From the NCBI RefSeq assembly GCF_964194155.1, contig NW_027596135.1:496001-560000 (forward strand): a stretch of 64,000 nt of DNA, read 5' to 3'. This DNA comes from Cetorhinus maximus (taxonomy: Eukaryota). The number at the start of each line of letters is the position of its first letter. Position 1 is the first letter of the stretch. A program made the translations under genes and the position numbers. Positions 35,601-48,169 of the stretch are shown here, one piece after another. The notes beneath the pieces were generated by a model that did no database searches, had not been told where the DNA came from, and saw only the letters and a program-made list of their open reading frames with translations.

Positions 35601-38600
35601 TTTCACTCATTCACGGGATGTGGGCATCGCTGGCCAGGCCCAGCATTTGTCGCCCATCCCTAATTGCCCCTTGAGAAGGTGGTGGGGAGCCGCCTTCTTG
35701 AGCCGCTGCAGTCTGTGTGGTGTAGGTACACCCACCGTGCTATTAGGGAGGGGGGTTTCCAGGATTTTGACCCAACGACAATGAAGGAATGGCTGATATA
35801 TTTCCAAGTCGGGATGGTGAGTGGCTGGGAGGGGAACTTGCAGGTGGTGGTGTTCCCATGCGTCCGCTGCCCTTGTCCTTCTAGGTTGTAGTGATCGCGG
35901 GTTTGGAAGGTGCTGTCAAAAGAGCCTTGGTGAGCTAATTTCATGTAGTTGGTGCCTGAAGAATGGTTTTGTGCCTGTTTGCCTTGCTGCACTCTGTCAG
36001 TTCCCTCATCAGACGCAACTTAAACTATCTTCTGTTGTCCCTTCCCCCCACCGCCAGGTGTGGTACAGGAAGTACTAGACTGCGACCGAGCCGCTGTGTC
36101 TCAGAAGGACGTAACTGGTTGCTTCTGCGCTGTGGCTTACAACAAGAACATACTGACCCGCTTTGACACGAAGGCAAGCCGGCTGACAGTGGAGAGCTTG
36201 ACGGTGAAAAACGAGGTGGACAGCCTGAACGAGGATCCAAGAGCCCTGAAGATTATCCAGGATGGGATTCAGGACTTTGTCAATTATCTCAGCCTGCTTC
36301 TGGAGGCCGGAGCTGACACTCTCGATCGGGAAGGTAAGGTTATCGGCGGCCCTCACACATTGGGGGTCCTCGTTTTTGTTGATCCAATGCATTTTTCTCC
36401 CTGGTCCTTTTACATATTTCAGGGTGCTAGAGTCTTGCATTAAGCGATAGAGCTCGTGCATTTGCGAGGTGCAGTCGAAGGAGTCTCGGCAAGTTGCTGT
36501 AGTGCATGCTCTAGATATCAATATAAACATAAGATGATCAGAAACAGGAGCAGGAGGAGGCCATTCGGCAAAATGGTAAAAGAAGCAAGACAGACACGAG
36601 AAGGAACTAAGCAAGAGCTTAGTCTGGAATGTGCTGCCTGAGAGTGTGGGGGAGGCAGGGTGAATCAGAGCTTTCAAAAGGCAGTTGGGTCATTATCTGG
36701 AAAGGAAGAATGTGCAGGGTTACAGGGAGAGGATGGGGGAGTGGCACTGGGTGAATTGCTCATTTGGAGAGCCGGTGCAGATAGGATGGGCTGAAAGGCC
36801 TCCTTCTGCGCTGTTACAATGCTGCGATCCTGCGATAATCTCCTGGCTCACATTCTGCACAAGGAGTACCAGCTTCTGCCTTCAATCGAGGTCCTGAGGA
36901 TGATAAGTGAGAAGTGGACTTTACACAGGAGGCATCTATCTTGTTGGGGAACAAGGAGCAGGAATCCTGCTTGATTAGAAAATCACTGGCCCCTGGAGTC
37001 TGTGATAATCTCTTCCCCATGACTTTAATCCCAATCTGCTGCTTGCTCCCCCGATCTTGTGCCCTCGTTCTAGATTCCCCAACAAGGGGGAAACATCCTC
37101 TCAGCATCTACCCTGTCAAGTCCCCCCGTCAGAATCTGATATGTTTCAATAAGATCACCTCTCATTCTTCTAAACTCCAATGGTTATAGGCCCAACCTGC
37201 TGAACCTTTCCCCATAAGACAAACCCCCTTCATCCCAGGAATCAGCTGAGTGAACCTTCTCTGAAGGGCCTCCAATGTGAGTCTATCCCTCCTTAATTAA
37301 GTAAGGTGACCAGAACTGTACACAGTACTCCAGGTGCAGCCTCACTAATGCCCTGTACAGTTGGACCAAGAGATGATACGCACTGCTGTCACTGTGTGTC
37401 AGTGGTGGAGGGAGTGAATGTTGGTGGATAGAGTGCTGATCAAGCGGGGCCGCTTTGCCTTGGACGGTGTCGAGCTTCTTGAGTGTTGTTGGAGCTGGAC
37501 TCACCCAGGCAAGCGGGGAGTATTCCATCACACTCCTGACTTGTGTCTTGTAGATGGTGGACAGGCTTTGGGGAGACAAGAGGTGAGTTACTCACCGCAG
37601 GATTCCCAGCCTCTGACCTGCTCTTGTAGCCACAGTAGGGATATATGGATGTGAAGAGCTTGTCAATGCGATGAGGTCTTTGCACTTTCTTAGCGCTATT
37701 TAATTCTCTTAAAGGACATGCGGTTAAAAGCATTGCTGTGAAGTGTCCCTGATCCCTGGACTGCACCGTGTTAGCGGACCCCAAATTGGGCTGGTGTGAA
37801 CTATTACTGGGACTCCCTTCAGCATTAATGGCCTGTGGGAGGCTGGGCATTCAATGACGGTTCCTGCTCTAGAATATTATTCACAAAAACACAAAAAATG
37901 GGAGCAGGAGTGAACCATTTGACCCATTAAGCCTGGCCCCCCATTCAATATGATCATGGCTGATCCTGGGCTTCAACTCCACTATCCCACCTGCTCCCCA
38001 TATCCCTCAATTCCCTGAGAGACCAAACATCCGTCCATCCCAGCCTTAAATGTCTTCAACAATGGAGCATCCACAACCCTCTGGGGGAAAGAGTTCCAAA
38101 GATTCACAACCCTTTGAGTGAAGAAACTTCTCATCTCAGTCCGAAACGATCAGCCCCTTATCCTGAGACTGTGCCCCCGTGTTTTAGATTCCCCCGAGCA
38201 GCGGAAACGATCTCTCTGCGTCCACCCTGTCAAACCCCTTCAGAATCTTGTATGCCTCAATGAGATCGCTTCTCATTCTTCTAAACCCCAGAGAATATCG
38301 GCCCAATTTACTCAGCCTCTCACCATAGGACAACCCCCCTCATCCCAGGGTCCAATCTAGAGAACCTTCACTGTACCGCCTCCAATGCTACAAGGTTCAG
38401 GGGGTGATTTGATTGAAGTTTTCGCGATATTCAGGGGAACTAGTAGGGTCGCTAGAGAGAAACTGTTTGCCGCTGGTTGGGGGAGTCTGGGACGACGGGG
38501 CAGAGTCTAAAAAGTGAGAGGCAGACCTTTCAGGAGTAAAATGAGGAAAGACTCCTACACACAAAGAGCAGGTCCAGTGGTGCAGTGGGTAGCGTCCATA

Positions 38601-41600
38601 CTGAACTGAAAGCTCCCGGTTCCTGTCCCAGCACAGGACTTGATGGCCAACAAAGGTACGCCGGTAATGAACGTACGAATTCAGGGCAGGTGTAGGCCAC
38701 TCAGCCCCTCAAACCTGCTCTGCCATTCAATAAGATCATGGCTGATCCAATTGTAACCTCAACCCTACATTCCCACCAACCCCCCGATAACCTTTCACCC
38801 CCTTGCTTATCAAGAATCTATCCACCTCTGCCTTAAAAATATTCAAAGACTCTGCTTCCACCACCTATAGAGGAAGAGAGTTCCAAAGACTCACAACCCT
38901 CTGAGAGAATAAATTTCTCTTTATCTCTTTCTTAAATGGGTGACCCCTTATTTTTAAACAGTGACCCCCCTGCTTCTAGATTCTCCCACAAGAGGAAACA
39001 TTCTCTCCACATCCAGCCTGTCAAGACCCCTCAGGATCTTAAGGGATTCAATCAAGTCACCTCTTAGTCTTCTAAACTCCAGCGGATACAAGCCTAGCCA
39101 CCCTTTCCTCATAAGACAACCCGCCCATTCCTGGTATTAGTCTGGTAAACCTTCTCTGAACCGCTTCTGATGTATTTACATCCTTCCTTAAATAAGGTGA
39201 CCAATACTGTACACAGTACCCCAAATGTGGTTTCACCAGTGCCCTGTACAACTGAAGCATAACCTCCCTCCTTTTGTATTCAATTCCCCTCGCAATAAAC
39301 AATAACAAGGCCAGGCTAGTTGATTAATGACCTGTCAATCCTTCCACTATGCCTTTGGCAGGCATGAGGGTCTCCTGGTGAGGAGTGCTTGATGTGGAGT
39401 GGCAGTCCTCGAGCTATAGCCTCATGCAACCTGTTGCAGGAGAAACTGGCTATGGAAACCGACCGAAGCTTGTGCTTCGACTGCCTCACATGTCTCTAGA
39501 CCTGGGAATTCCACATGTAAAGTATGATAGAGAGCTTGGGACTCTCTCATAAATGGCGATTTAATGCTGCACCGATTCTTAATTCTAAAAGAGAGATTTT
39601 TGCAAGCCAGAGGTGTTAAGGGATATAGGGCAAAGGCGTGTATGTGAAATTAGGTCACAGATCAGCTATGATCTCATTGAATGGCGCAACAGGCATGAGG
39701 ACACAGAATGGCCTCCTTTTTGTTATTGTGTTAGAGGCTCAAGAGGGGTCTGAATAGGCCTCGTCCTGTTCCTGCGTAACAGGCTTCAGGAGGCTGAATG
39801 GCCTCCTCCTGTTCCTGTGTAATAGGCTTGAGGACGGGCTGAATGGGCCTCCTCCTGTTCTTGTGTTACAGGCTCGAGGAGGGGCTGAATGGGCCTCCTC
39901 ATGTTCCTGTTCCTAACGAAGGTAAGTAGCAGAGAACAGTCACTGTCCTTGGAGGCAGTAGCCCGGTGAATATGGGAGACTGGCTTGGAGGAAATATTGG
40001 GAGCAGGTGTGGGAGTGCTGAATTGAAAGTAACCCTGTCCATTCTCAGTGTCCCCTTCAGTGACCATCTCCTTCCACGACCTGGAAGACTTTGACCATTC
40101 CAGCCAACTTCAGTGTACAGTCGCCGGCTTCTATCCAAGAGCCCTTAATGTGACCTGGCTGAAAAATGATGGGAACATTGACGCGCAAGTGGTACAGACT
40201 CAGATCCTTCCCAACAGTGAGAAGGCCTTCCAGACGGCTGCATTCATCAACATTGACCCCAAGACAGAGGACACGTACACGTGCTTTGTGCAGCATGTCA
40301 CTTTTCCAGACGGACACCGCACCAACTGGGGTAGGTCCTGATCACCCTCGATATGTGAATTAAGCAATAGGCTCGATGTGTCCAGTAAAAGAGGGTGGGA
40401 GACAAACAATGCCTCACAAACTGACCAATCAACCCTGGGTGAAAGTGTAAACACAGCTTTACGCTCTATCTAACCCCGTGCTGTACCTGTCCTGGGAGTG
40501 TTTGACGGGGACGGTGTAGAGGGAGCTATACTCTGTATCTAACCCCGTGCCGTACCTGCCCTGGGAGTGTTTGATGGGGACGGTGTAGAGGGAGCTTTAC
40601 TCTGTATCTAACCCCATGCTGTACCTGTCCTGGGAGTGTTTGATGGGGACGGTGTAGAGGGAGCTTTACTCTGTATCTAACCCCGTGCTGTACCTGTCCT
40701 GGGAGTGTTTGATGGAGACAGTGTGGAGGGAGCTTTACTCTGTATCTAACCCAGTGCTGTACCTGTCCTGGGAGTGTTTGATGGGGACAGTGTAGAGGGA
40801 GCTTTACTCTGTATCTAACCCCGTGCTGTACCTGCCCCAGGAGTGTTTGATGGGGACGGTGTAGAGGGAGCTTTACTCTGTATCTAACCCCGTGCTGTCC
40901 CTGTCCTGGGAGTGTTTGATGGGGACTGTGAAGAGAGAACTTTTCTCTGTATCTAACCCCGTGCTGTACCTGTCCTGGGAGTGTTTGATAGGGTCAGGAT
41001 TGCGCAATGGTTTATCCTGGAAAAGCACTGACTGGACAATCGGAATGTTGTGCAGAAACAGTGTTTGGAAAGTGGAATTTCCTTGTGCTGAAGTGGATGA
41101 CATTTTCTGTTTTATTTTCATTCTCTTTTCGATCTTTCTGCCCTTTGTGTCCTTGGTCTTTTTGGAAGTACCCCAACGTAAGAGCTCACTGTCTGCTGCG
41201 GCCATTGTTGGAATATTGTTCGGAATTGGTGGCATCCTGACTGCCGTAACTGGAGCCGTTTTTCGAATGAAATGTCAAGGTACGGGGCCTCATGGCTGCT
41301 GAAATCATTCCGCTCTTTTCCAAGGGCACTGGAACATTGATGTTCCCACCTGTGCTAAGTCCGAGGTCCAAGGACGTTCCCAGCACCTTCCCGCTTTCCC
41401 GCGAATTGCAAACTACCTGAGACTCGAGAATCTCCACAAAACCCTAAAAAAAGGATTTTCCTGGAATGGGCGTGTCAAATCCAGCCCGCCCCACTGATGC
41501 TTGTGCATCCCAGGACCTGCGGTCACCTCCGTGCCTGACAGGCACCTCATCACCTGGGAGAGGTGAGGAGCCAGGTTACAAACCCAGGCTAACTGGGGGG

Positions 41601-44600
41601 AGAAAATCCGGAAGGATCTTCTCTGACTGAAACTAATTCGGCCACAAAATGTTGGTATGTAGATGCAGCAAGTGGTTGGGAAGGCAAATGGAATTTTGGC
41701 CTTTATTACGAAGGGGATGGAGTATCAGAGTAGGGAAATCTTTATAGAGCTGTCCTGGGCCTTAGTTAGAATGCACCTGGAGCACTGAGAGCAGTTTTGA
41801 TCTCCTTACTTATGAATAGATATCACTGCATGAGAAGCAGTTCAGTGAAGGTTCTCTCGGCTGGTTCCTAGGATAACCCTGACTGATCTGATTGTGGCCT
41901 CAACTCCAATTTCCTGTCTGTCCCCTCTCCATAACCCTCGACTCCCTTGTCGATCAAAAATCTGTCTAACTCGGCTTTGAACATATTCAGTGAGCCAGCC
42001 TCCACTCCTCTCTGGGGGAGAGACTAACGACCCTCTGAGAGAAGAAATTCCTCCTTATCTCCGTCTTCAATGGGAGACCCCTTATTCTGAAACTGTGCCC
42101 CCCCCCTCTAGTTCCAGATTCCCACACAAGGGGGAAACATCTTCTTAGCATCCACCTCGTCAAGCTTCTCACCTCAGAATTGTCAGTGTTTTCACTTCTC
42201 ATTCTTCTAAGCTCCAATGGGTAGAGGCCCAACCTGCTCAACCTTTCCTTATAAGACAAACCCCTTCATCCCAGGAATCAGCCAAGTGAACTTTCTCTGA
42301 ACGGCTTCCAATGCAGGTGTATCCCTCCTTATGTAAGGAGACCAATGCTGTACGCAGTATCCCAGGTGTAATCTCACCAATGCCCTGTTCAGTTGTAGCA
42401 AGATTTCCCTACTTTTATAATCCAACCCTCTTTCAATAAAGGCCATGTGCCCTCTCTTTGAACAGAGAGCCAGTGCTTACCAGCAGATTGTGGTGGCTAA
42501 CATAAAAGTCAGTCTTTAACTCTGCTTTTCACAGCAGTTTCTGTCTCTCTTTCCCGGTCTCTATGTCTGTGCACAGAAAACCAGCTGTCCCTCCTTTGTG
42601 TCAAAATTGCCACTTGATTTTCCATAGGTTTCAGTGACGGATCACAAGGGCCTGTCTCCGGGCAGAGTTTAGGATGATCAACAGCCCCCTCTCCAGGAAA
42701 CTCAATTTCACCTTGAATTAAAAGCGACAATTTAAAACATAGAGTCCTGAGTTCGTAATAAGGTGGATGGATTTTTGGAAATTGAGGGAATTAAGGGATT
42801 TGGAGACAGGTCAGGGTAGTAGAGTGGGGGTAGAAGATCGGTCATGATCTTGTTAAATGATGGAGCAGGCTTGAGGGGCCAAATGGCCTACCCCTGCCCC
42901 CATTTCTAACTTCCAACTGGCCGTTCCATTCACTCATCAAGATTTCAACCCTGATTTATTTCCCTTTCAGGCTACCAACCCCGAATCCCTGGACTAAAAG
43001 GTAAGTCTAAACACACAAACACACAAAAAAAGAAATGACCGCGGGCATCGACATGGCGAGAACCTCACTTATATTCACAAAAGCTCTTGGTCACTCCTGC
43101 TTTCCCACAGTGCTTTTCCGGAAAAATCAACAGCAGCAGAAGTCGAACCGGAGTCAGACCAGCATGCGTTCGAACACCTCAGCCTCCAGTGCAACTTCAG
43201 GTAATGGCCCCACTCCCGGTACCTGGGAACAAGATAGTCAAAAGCCTGGCTCATGTGCTGTGGCCTCTGGGCATTGTGCTCTGCGTGAGGGCAGCATCTA
43301 TCAGGCATTCAGAAAGGGAACGGCATGTACATTTATAAAACAAGCTCCGTTACTTGTCTCCTTAGTCACCTTGTAGTACAGAACTTGAGTATTGCTGAAA
43401 AAAAGAGAGAGGCTATTGAAGCTTTTTATAATGCACTCATCATGACAGACGCAAGAATGCCAAATTTCAGAGGGAACAAGAATTTATACTGCATAAGAAG
43501 AGGGTGCTGAGTGGTTGGCAGATATCTCTGATAGGTTGAGGCGTTGCCAGGAAACTATTGTCCGCCACACCTTTGTTCAATTGAAAAAAAGCCGCAATGC
43601 CTGGACATGTTCTTTTTGCCCGCAGAGGACAGGACCCTGCGAACGAATATGTGTAGCTTTTAGCAAGTATAAGTGAGCCACATTGCGAGCCTGACTGGTA
43701 ATCTTAGAATGGTTGTCAGTGTAATTCTTAGCACGCTCAGACTTGTTCAGTAAGTGCTCTCCAATCGTGGAATCACATCTAATGTTAGACATTAATGTTC
43801 TGAGTTTTACAAGCACAGGCTGGTTGAGTACGGTCAGTACTCTGCCTATTGCGAACGGCTGAAGGGATGTGCTATTTGATATGACCCGCCAGTCCTTGGC
43901 ACATACAGCCTACATACCTGGCATCGCACGGGCACCCATTATTATTAGTCAGACCCTCAATATAGCTCACCTTTCCAGTGATGCTCAAGACTATAGACCA
44001 GATGTAGTGCAGGTTGGAGGCCTTAGGCACAGAAAGATGGACTCCATCATGTCCTATTCTGTTCTTGGCCCAAACATCTTCAGCTACTTCATTGAAGACC
44101 TTCCCTCCATCACAAGGTCAGATTGGGGATGTTCGCTGATGATTGTTTACCAACTCCCCAAATACTAAAAGAGTCCATGTCCAAATGCAGCAATGGCATT
44201 ACCATCACTGAATCCCCCACTATCAACATCCTGGGGGGGTTACCGTTGACCAGAAACTGAACTGGACTAGCCATATAAATACTGTGGCTACAAGAGCAGG
44301 TCAGAGGCTGAGAATCCTGTGGCGAGTAACTCACCTCCTGACTCCCCAAAGCCTGTCCACCATCTACACGGCACAAGTCAGGGATGTGATGGAATGCTCC
44401 CCACTTGCCTGGATGAGTGCAGTCCCACAACACTGAAGAAGCTCGTAACGAACCAGGACAAAGCAGCTCCGCTTGATTGGCAACCCTGCCACAAACATTC
44501 ACTCCCTCCACCACAGTAGCAGCAGTGTGTACCATCTCTAAGATGCGCTGCAGGAACTCGCCAAGGCTCCTTCGACAGCACATTCCAAACCCACAACTAC

Positions 44601-45303
44601 TACCATCTAGAAGGACGAGGGCAGCAGACACATGGGAACACCAGCACCTGGAAGTTCCCCTCCAAGTCACTCACCATCCTGTCTTGGAAATATATCAGCC
44701 ATTTCTTCACTGTCGCTGGGTCAAAATCCAGGAACTCCCTCCTGAACAGCACCGTCGGTGTACCTACACCGTACGGACTGCAAAGGTTCAAGAAGGTGGC
44801 TCACCACCACCTTCTCAAGGGGCAACTAGGGATGGGCAGTAAATGTTGCCTCTTCCGGGTCAGAAAGTTAAGGGTTTGCGATCGAAGGAGTGAGAAAGAG
44901 CTTTTGGATTAATCCACCCCAGGCCTCCGTGGAATCTCTCAAGTACTCTACACTTGCTGTCAATTGACACTGGCAGTTTTGCAGAACAGCTGAGCTTAGT
45001 CAAGGCATCCTCTCCTTGTAGGACTGCAGTGACCCCCATCTCTTGCAGTCCGCGAACATTCAGATTCAGCCTCTGTACTTGTCACAATCTCACTCTGAGT
45101 GGATTGCCCACACAGTATGGGGTAGGACCAGTGCCCAGCAGCTTGCCCAACATTAGCCAAGCTCTATTACACTGGTTAGCAGAGATCTTGCTGTAGATGG
45201 TGTAAGCAGTTTGAGAATGTACCAGCTCAAAACCCCGGTCCACACGCTGACTTCAGTTTTGTTCTGTCTTCCAGGAGATGGCTTGACAAAGGACACGGTA
45301 TAA
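32633..45303 (+). CDS. WB: MHC W-category (class II-like) beta chain gene 1
   Basis: Leader 32633-32693, beta1 36058-36333, beta2 40049-40330, TM 41169-41279, cytoplasmic 42971-43000, 43111-43200 and tentatively 45275-45303; all phase-1 GT-AG. Confidence 0.83.
33060..34185. repeat. ~32-bp satellite (same family as 1-815)
   Basis: About 35 copies in WB-1 intron 1. Confidence 0.95.
34919..35502. mobile_element. Putative solo LTR
   Basis: TGTTAA...TTAACA inverted termini; flanks GTTGT/ATTGC could be a decayed 5-bp TSD. Confidence 0.45.
36058..36333 (+). CDS. WB: WB-1 beta1 exon
   Basis: GVVQEVLDCD...GCFCAVAYNKNILTRFD...VDSLNEDP...DTLDRE; acceptor cccaccgccag, donor G|gtaagg; 276 nt. Confidence 0.85.
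37880..39306 (-). mobile_element. CR1-type LINE 3' fragments (with a short plus-strand fragment and tRNA-like head near 38570)
   Basis: FIARGIEYKRREVMLQLYRALVKPHL... Confidence 0.8.
40049..40330 (+). CDS. WB: WB-1 beta2 Ig C1 exon
   Basis: PSVTI..LQCTVAGFYPRALNVTWLKN..ILPNSEKAFQ..YTCFVQH..NW; 282 nt. Confidence 0.92.
40455..40990. repeat. 69-bp satellite, reverse orientation
   Basis: About 8 copies in the WB-1 beta2-TM intron. Confidence 0.93.
41169..41279 (+). CDS. WB: WB-1 TM exon (VPQRKSSLSAAAIVGILFGIGGILTAVTGAVFRMKCQ)
   Basis: Gly-patterned TM helix after a long pyrimidine tract; donor G|gtacgg. Confidence 0.85.
41655..42446. mobile_element. CR1-type LINE fragments (plus, then minus)
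   Basis: MAFIERGLDYKSREILLQL...; RLGLYPLELRRMR. Confidence 0.8.
42971..43000 (+). CDS. WB: WB-1 cytoplasmic exon a (GYQPRIPGLK)
   Basis: Strong acceptor tttccctttcag and donor AAG|gtaagt; 30 nt, phase 1-1. Confidence 0.7.
43111..43200 (+). CDS. WB: WB-1 cytoplasmic exon b (VLFRKNQQQQKSNRSQTSMRSNTSASSATS)
   Basis: Acceptor ctttcccacag, donor CAG|gtaatg; 90 nt; resembles 51641-51727. Confidence 0.65.
43385..43870 (-). mobile_element. Penelope-like retroelement 3' remnant
   Basis: Minus ORF DSTIGEHLL..AKNYTDN..ITSQARNVAHLYLLKATHI..PVLCGQKE resembles the C-terminus of PLE GIY-YIG proteins; degenerate hammerhead-like motif downstream. Confidence 0.65.
44040..44850 (+). mobile_element. HER1-like LINE 3' fragment
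   Basis: SVLGPNIFSYFIEDLP RT remnant plus shared tail. Confidence 0.8.
45275..45303 (+). CDS. WB: Tentative WB-1 terminal coding exon (GDGLTKDTV*)
   Basis: Strong acceptor ttttgttctgtcttccag, phase 1, TAA followed by G|gtgagt; alternatives exist. Confidence 0.4.
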
Positions 45304-46379
45304 GGTGAGTGCACGGTATGTCGTTCGCAATTTGCCAGTTATTAAAGGAGAGGAGAGTCTGTCTCCCACCCCTACCACCCCTGTAATGGCCCCTCAGTGC
45401 CTTCGCTTGGGAATGACCATGAGGACCCAAGTGAAGCAGAAGACTACAAGCTGTGAACGTGTACAGAAAGCAGCGGGCAAAGCTGAAAGAAAGTCTTTAT
45501 TGCGGGGGTGCTAAGTTATAAAGGGGCAAATGTGGTAGTTCAGGCCAATAAGGGCCTTGCTCAGACTCCCCAACTGAAGTAACTGTTCAGCTTGGGGCAC
45601 CGCCCCCTCATGAAGGCTACCTTCTCCAGTTCTTTGTCCGACCCACTGCGCCCCGATCTTTGTTGTGGATAGGGACAGCTCGCAAATCCACCCCAGCCAG
45701 GACAGGCACTGTGCTGTTTGCACCAGTCAGATCCAGAGCAGCCGTCCAGCCCTCCGAAGGGCTGGGTTACCTGTGTGTTGTAGTCCAGAGCTATGGATAG
45801 TGGCAGTCGGAGGCGCTAATTTCCTTCCTCCACGTGAATGACCAGGAATCTCTCCCACTCTTAGTGGTGCGTGTGTTGGAAGGATTTACAAGTTGATACT
45901 CAACCTGTTTGGCAGGATTACGAACCGTCAGGTCCTGGAGTGGGACTTGAACCGGGGGCTTCCGGCTCAAAGGCAGGGATGTTACCCACAGACCTCCTTA
46001 AGGAAGGCGACACCAGCTGGGGAGGGGGTAGGCGCAGAGGAACTGTTCCCCTTGGCAGGGGAATCCAGAACACGTGGGAACTGTTTCCAAATTAGATGGC
46101 GGGTCAACTGAAATAGTTAAAACTTGGATCTGTAAAGTTTTGTTGAGTTAGTGTTATTTGGAATGTGGTCAATGATCTGATTGAATGTTGGAACAGCCTC
46201 GAGGGGCTGAATGGCCTCCCCTTTGGTTGCCGCATGGGGGCTATCCATAAGCTTCTCTGACCAGCATTTCATGTGGAATCTCTTCGCAGCACCTACCAAG
46301 CGCCCCTGACACCCCCCTCCCCCAACTCCATTCCAGCCCTCCACTGAAGTCTGCATTATCAGGGAATCACTGAATAGTA

Positions 46380-47985
46380 ACAGTACAGAAGGAGGCCATT
46401 CGGCCCATTGTGTCTGTGGTGGCTCAATGCAAGAACAAATCACCCAATGCCCGTCCCCTGTCCATTCCCCAATTCCTTTTTGAAAGCCTCAATTGACCTT
46501 GCCTCCCCCACACTCTCAGGCAGCGCATTCCAGACCCTAACCACTCGCTGCGTGAAAAAGTTCCTTCTCGTGTCTGCCTTGCTTCTTTTACCAATCGCCT
46601 TAAATCAGTGTCCCTCTGGTTCTTGATCCTTCCGCCACTGGGAACAGTTTCTCCCCATCTACTCTGTCCCAGAGCCCTTGTGATTTTGAACACCTCGATC
46701 AAATCTCCTCTCAACCTCCTCTTCTCCAAGGAGAACAGTCCCAACTTCTCCAATCTGTCTACGGAACCAAAGTCCCTCATCCCTGGAACTATTCTCATGA
46801 ATCTTTTCCGCACTCTCTCTCTCTCTCTAAAGCCTTCACATCGTTCATATAGTGCAGCATCCAGAACTGGACACAATACTCCAGCTGAGGCTGAACTAGT
46901 GTTTTATGCAAGTTTATCATAACCTCAGCTCTGAAGAAGGGTCATACGGACTTGAAACATTAACTTTGTTTTTCTCTCTCCACAGATGCTGTCAGACCTG
47001 CTGAATTTATCCAGCATTTTCTGCTTTTGTTTCAGATTTCCAGCATCTGCATTATTTTGCTTTTATCTTTTTACCATAACCTCATTGTTTTTGTGCTGTA
47101 TGCCCCGATTAATGAAGCCTAGGACCCTGCATGCTTTATTAGCTATTCTCTCAACCTGTCCTGTCACCTTCAATAACTCATGCACATCTACACCCACAGA
47201 ATCTTAACAGCACAGGAGGAGGCCATTTGGCCCATCGTGTCTGCGCCAGCGCTCCAAATGAGCATTATGACCTAGTACCATTGCCCTGCCTTTTCCCCAT
47301 ACCCTTGCACATTGTTTCTATTCAAATAACCATTTAATGCCCTCTTGAACGCCCCAATTGAGCCTGCCTCCACCACACTTCCAGGCAGTGCGTTCCAGAC
47401 CCGAACCACTCGCTGTGTGAAAAAGTTTATTTCTCACGTCACACTTGCTTCCTTTGCAAATCACTTTAAATCTGTGCCCTCTCATTCTTAATCCTTTTAC
47501 GAGTGGGAACAGCTTCTCCCGATCTACTCTGTCCAGCCTCCTCATGGTTTTGAACATCTCTATCAAATCTCCTCTCAGCCTTCTCCTCTCCAAGGAGAAC
47601 AGTCCCAACCTCTCCAATCTATCCTCATTAGCTGAAGTTTCTCATCCTTGAAACCATTCTTGTAAATCTCGTCTGGACTCTCTCTAATGTGTTCACATCC
47701 TTCCTATGATGTGGCGTCCAGAACTGCACACAATACTCCAGCTGAGGTCTAACCGAGTGTCTTATATAAATTCAGCATAACCTCCTTGCTCTTATACTCT
47801 TATGCCCCTATTAATAAAGCCCAGGATACTGTATACTTTGGAAACAGCTCTCTCCATCTGTCTTGTCACCTTCAATGATTTATGCACATATACACCCCGG
47901 TCCCTCTGCTCCTGTACCCACTCTAGAATTGTAACCTTTATTTTATACTGTCACTCCGCCTCCTTCCTTCAGAAAATGTATCCCT
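46380..47985 (-). mobile_element. Nested CR1-type LINE 3' fragments
   Basis: LGLFSLEKRRLRGDLIEVFKI occurs twice; a different short element is inserted at ~46930-47070. Confidence 0.8.
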
Positions 47986-48169
47986 TCACAGGAAAGAACG
48001 TCACAGGATGGATGTGTTGCACAAAGGGAGGGTCGAAAAACTGTGTACAGATGTCTCCCACTGACACATTCAAATATTAGCACTGAATATGATGCCCCCC
48101 CCCCCCACCCTTTACTGTAATGACAGATACTTGAATCAGCAGGTTCTGTGATTAATGCATGAATCAGAA

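Noticed and set aside
45049-45098. Alternative WB-1 terminal exon (VREHSDSASVLVTISL*)
   Set aside because: In phase, but its acceptor is weaker than that at 45275; cannot be decided without cDNA
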